Of a stretch of DNA of 64,000 nucleotides, positions 61,401 to 64,000 are shown piece by piece. The notes beneath the pieces are model-generated. The model had not been told where the DNA came from and did not search any database. It was given only the letters and a program-made list of their open reading frames with translations. This DNA is from Mobula hypostoma (Eukaryota). The stretch lies in the NCBI RefSeq assembly GCF_963921235.1, contig NC_086097.1, positions 41,852,001-41,916,000 on the forward strand. The letters run 5' to 3'. Numbering within the stretch: the first letter of the stretch is position 1; every line of letters begins with the position of its first letter. Made by a program: the position numbers and the translations under genes.

Positions 61401-64000
61401 GTGTCTTGCCATACACATCACAATACTGTATTCCTTTGCCCATTCTCCTAATCTAAATCCTTCTGGAACATATCTACTTCCTCAAATCTTTCTGCCTCTC
61501 CATCTCATTTCATATCATCTACAAACTTTGCTACATAGCCATCAATTCCATCATCCAAGTCATTGACATATAAAGTAAAAAGAATCATAGAACATAGAAC
61601 ATAGAATAGTACAGCACAGTACAGGCCCTTTGGCCCACAATGTTGTGCCAACTCTCAAACCCGGCCTCCCATATAAGCCCCCACCTTAGATTCCTCCATA
61701 TACCAGTCTAGTAGTCTCTTAAACTTCACTAGTGTATCTGCCTCCACCACTGACTCAGGCAGTGCATTCCACGCACCAACAACTCTCTGAGTAAACAACC
61801 TTCCTCTAATATCCCCCTTGAACTTCCCACCCCTTACCTTAAAGCTATGTCCTCTTGTATTGAGCAGTGGTGCCCTGGGGAAGAGGCGCTGGCTATCCAC
61901 TCTATCTATTCCTCTTATTATCTTGTATTACCCCAACACCGACGTCTGTGGAACACCACTAGTCACCAGCAACCAACCAGAAAAGGCTCTCTTTATTCCC
62001 ACTCTTTGGCTCTTGCCAATCAGCCACTGCTTTATCCTTGCTAGCATCTTTCCTGTAATACCATCTTTCCTGTTAAGCAGTCTCATGTATGGCATCTTGT
62101 CAAAGACCTTCTCAAAATCCAAGTATACAACATCAACTGATTCTCCTTTGTCTATCCTGCTTGTTACTTCTTCAAAAAATTCCAACAGATTTGTCGGGCA
62201 AAATTTTCCCCTGAGGCAACCTTGCTGACTATGGCCAATTTTATCATGCGTCTCCAAATACACTGAAACCACATCCTTAACAATCGACTCCAACATTTTC
62301 CCAACCACTGAGGTCAGACTAACTTGCCTATAATTTCCTTTCTTCTGCCTCTCTCCCTTCTTGAAGAGTGGAGTGACATTGGCAATTTTCCAGTATTCTG
62401 GAACCATTCTAGAATCTAGAGATTTTTGAAAGATCATTACCTATGCCTCCACAATCTCTTTCAGAATTCTGGGGTGTACACCATCTAGTCCAGGTGACAT
62501 CTACCTTCAGACCTTTCAATTTCCCAAGAACTTTCTCACTAGTTGTGGTAACTTCACACACTTCATGACCCCTGACACCTGGAAATTCCACCATACTGCT
62601 TGCTAGTGTCTTCTACAGTGAAGACTGATGCAAAATACTTATTCAGTTCATCCGCCATTTCCTTGTCCCACATTAATACCTCTCCAGCATTGTTTTACCT
62701 TCCATGTCAAATACAACATTGCCCTTTTGGCAGGCATTTTCTATCTCCTATTGTAACTTGTAGACCACATCCTTACTGCTGTTTGTATGTCTGTATATAA
62801 CTCCTTTTAGCCTTGTGGTTCTTTAGCTCTATCCACAATGACTCAACACCTTCCAACCCTATTTCAGCTCTTTCTTATGAGATTTCATCTTTTACCAACA
62901 GAACAAAGCCACTCCCTCTGCCTTACTGCCTGTCCTTTCAATACAATATGAATCCCTGGACAGTAGTTCCCAGCTATAAATTCCTTTTAGCCATGATTCA
63001 GTGATTTCTACATCATTGATACCAATCTGTAACCGTGCTAAAAGTTCATCGACCTCTTTTCTGTGTACTGCGCACATTCAAATGTAACATCTTCAGTCCT
63101 GTATTCACCTTTATCAATTTGTCCACCTTTTACATTGCAACTCATCTTGTCTCTCCTCAAACAAGAGAAAATCTGCAGATGCTGGAAATCTGAGCAACAC
63201 ACACAAAATGCTGGAGGAACTCAGCAGGCCAGGCAGCATCTATGGCAAAAAGTAGTTGATATTTCAGGCCGAAACCCTTTGACAGGACACCCTTAGCCTC
63301 TCCTTGCTTGAAGTCTCACTACACATTGCCTCCGTTAATAAACCAACTACCTCACCTTCAGCATTATCACTCTGGTTTCCATCCCCTGCCAAATTAGTTT
63401 AAACCCTCCCGAGCAACTTCTAGCCAACCTGCCCACAAGGATTTTGGTCCCCTTGTGTTCAGGTGTAACCTGTCTGTTTTGTACAGGTAATATTTTTCCC
63501 AGAAGAGATCTCAATGATGCATAAATCTGCACCCGTGCCCCCTCTTCTAGTTCCACAGCTGCACATTCCCCTGCCAAATCATTCTATTCTGATTTTACTA
63601 ATCCTGGAGGGCCTATTTTTTAGCTTTCTACCTAGCTCCCTAAAACCTCTCTTCAGGACCTCTTTTATCTACTTAAGTCTCTGGTGTCAATATGCACCAA
63701 GACTTCCAGCTGCTCACCCTCACTCTTGAGAACGCCATGGACACGATATGAGACATCCCTGATCCTGGCACCAGGGAGGCAACATACCATCCGGATGACC
63801 CTGCCGCACCCACAGATCCTTGTCTCTGTTCCTCTGACTGAAGAATCTCCTATCAACACTGCATCCTCATCGCCACTCTGCTCTACTAAGCCACAGTACC
63901 AGACTCAGTGCAGAGACCCAGTCACTGTGGCTCCCTCAGTAGGTTCTCTCCCTCAATAGTATCTAAAGTCGTATACTTATTAGTGAGGGGAACATCCACA
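58415..64000 (-). mobile_element. CR1 (3' end to ORF1) with nested CR1 copies at 59026-61220 and 61585-61928 and a PLE tail
   Basis: RT 61928..62437; EN 62892..63077; ORF1 LIGDSSVRG...CCLPGARIRDV (63665..63859); nested copies carry their own (CATAGAA)n tails. Confidence 0.88.
63159..63288 (-). mobile_element. 130-bp PLE tail with decayed hammerhead
   Basis: Minus strand starts GTCCTGTCAAAGGGTTTCGGCCTGAAATATCAAC and continues as the same tail seen at 44675-44805. Confidence 0.85.

Overview
Eukaryotic, AT-rich, non-genic or intronic vertebrate DNA made mostly of nested, decayed transposable elements. I can support no intact host CDS, rRNA, tRNA gene or CRISPR array, and every long ORF in the track is a retroelement fragment or its antisense shadow. 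The repeat mix (several CR1 LINE families, Rex1/Babar, L1, RTE, Neptune-type Penelope-like elements (PLEs), an HE1-like V-SINE, DeuSINE remnants, Gypsy and BEL/Pao LTR remnants, Tc1 and Tigger derivatives) suggests a cartilaginous fish, probably a ray (inference). The most notable non-coding signal is a family of minimal type I hammerhead ribozyme motifs in the PLE 3' tails. One copy has a perfect catalytic core (25225-25262), one is near-intact (17946-17984, minus strand), about eight are decayed, and two of these form a head-to-head palindrome. Hammerheads in PLEs are a described phenomenon, so this is not a new system. Other points of interest are a TSD-flanked ORF1-plus-3'-end CR1 chimera, two TSD-flanked non-coding retroposons (one with a 5' pseudoknot candidate), deep insertion nests resolvable by TSDs, and a few TE-free islands that may hold conserved non-coding elements or splice signals. 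Boundaries were set by eye and are approximate unless a TSD or TIR is quoted.
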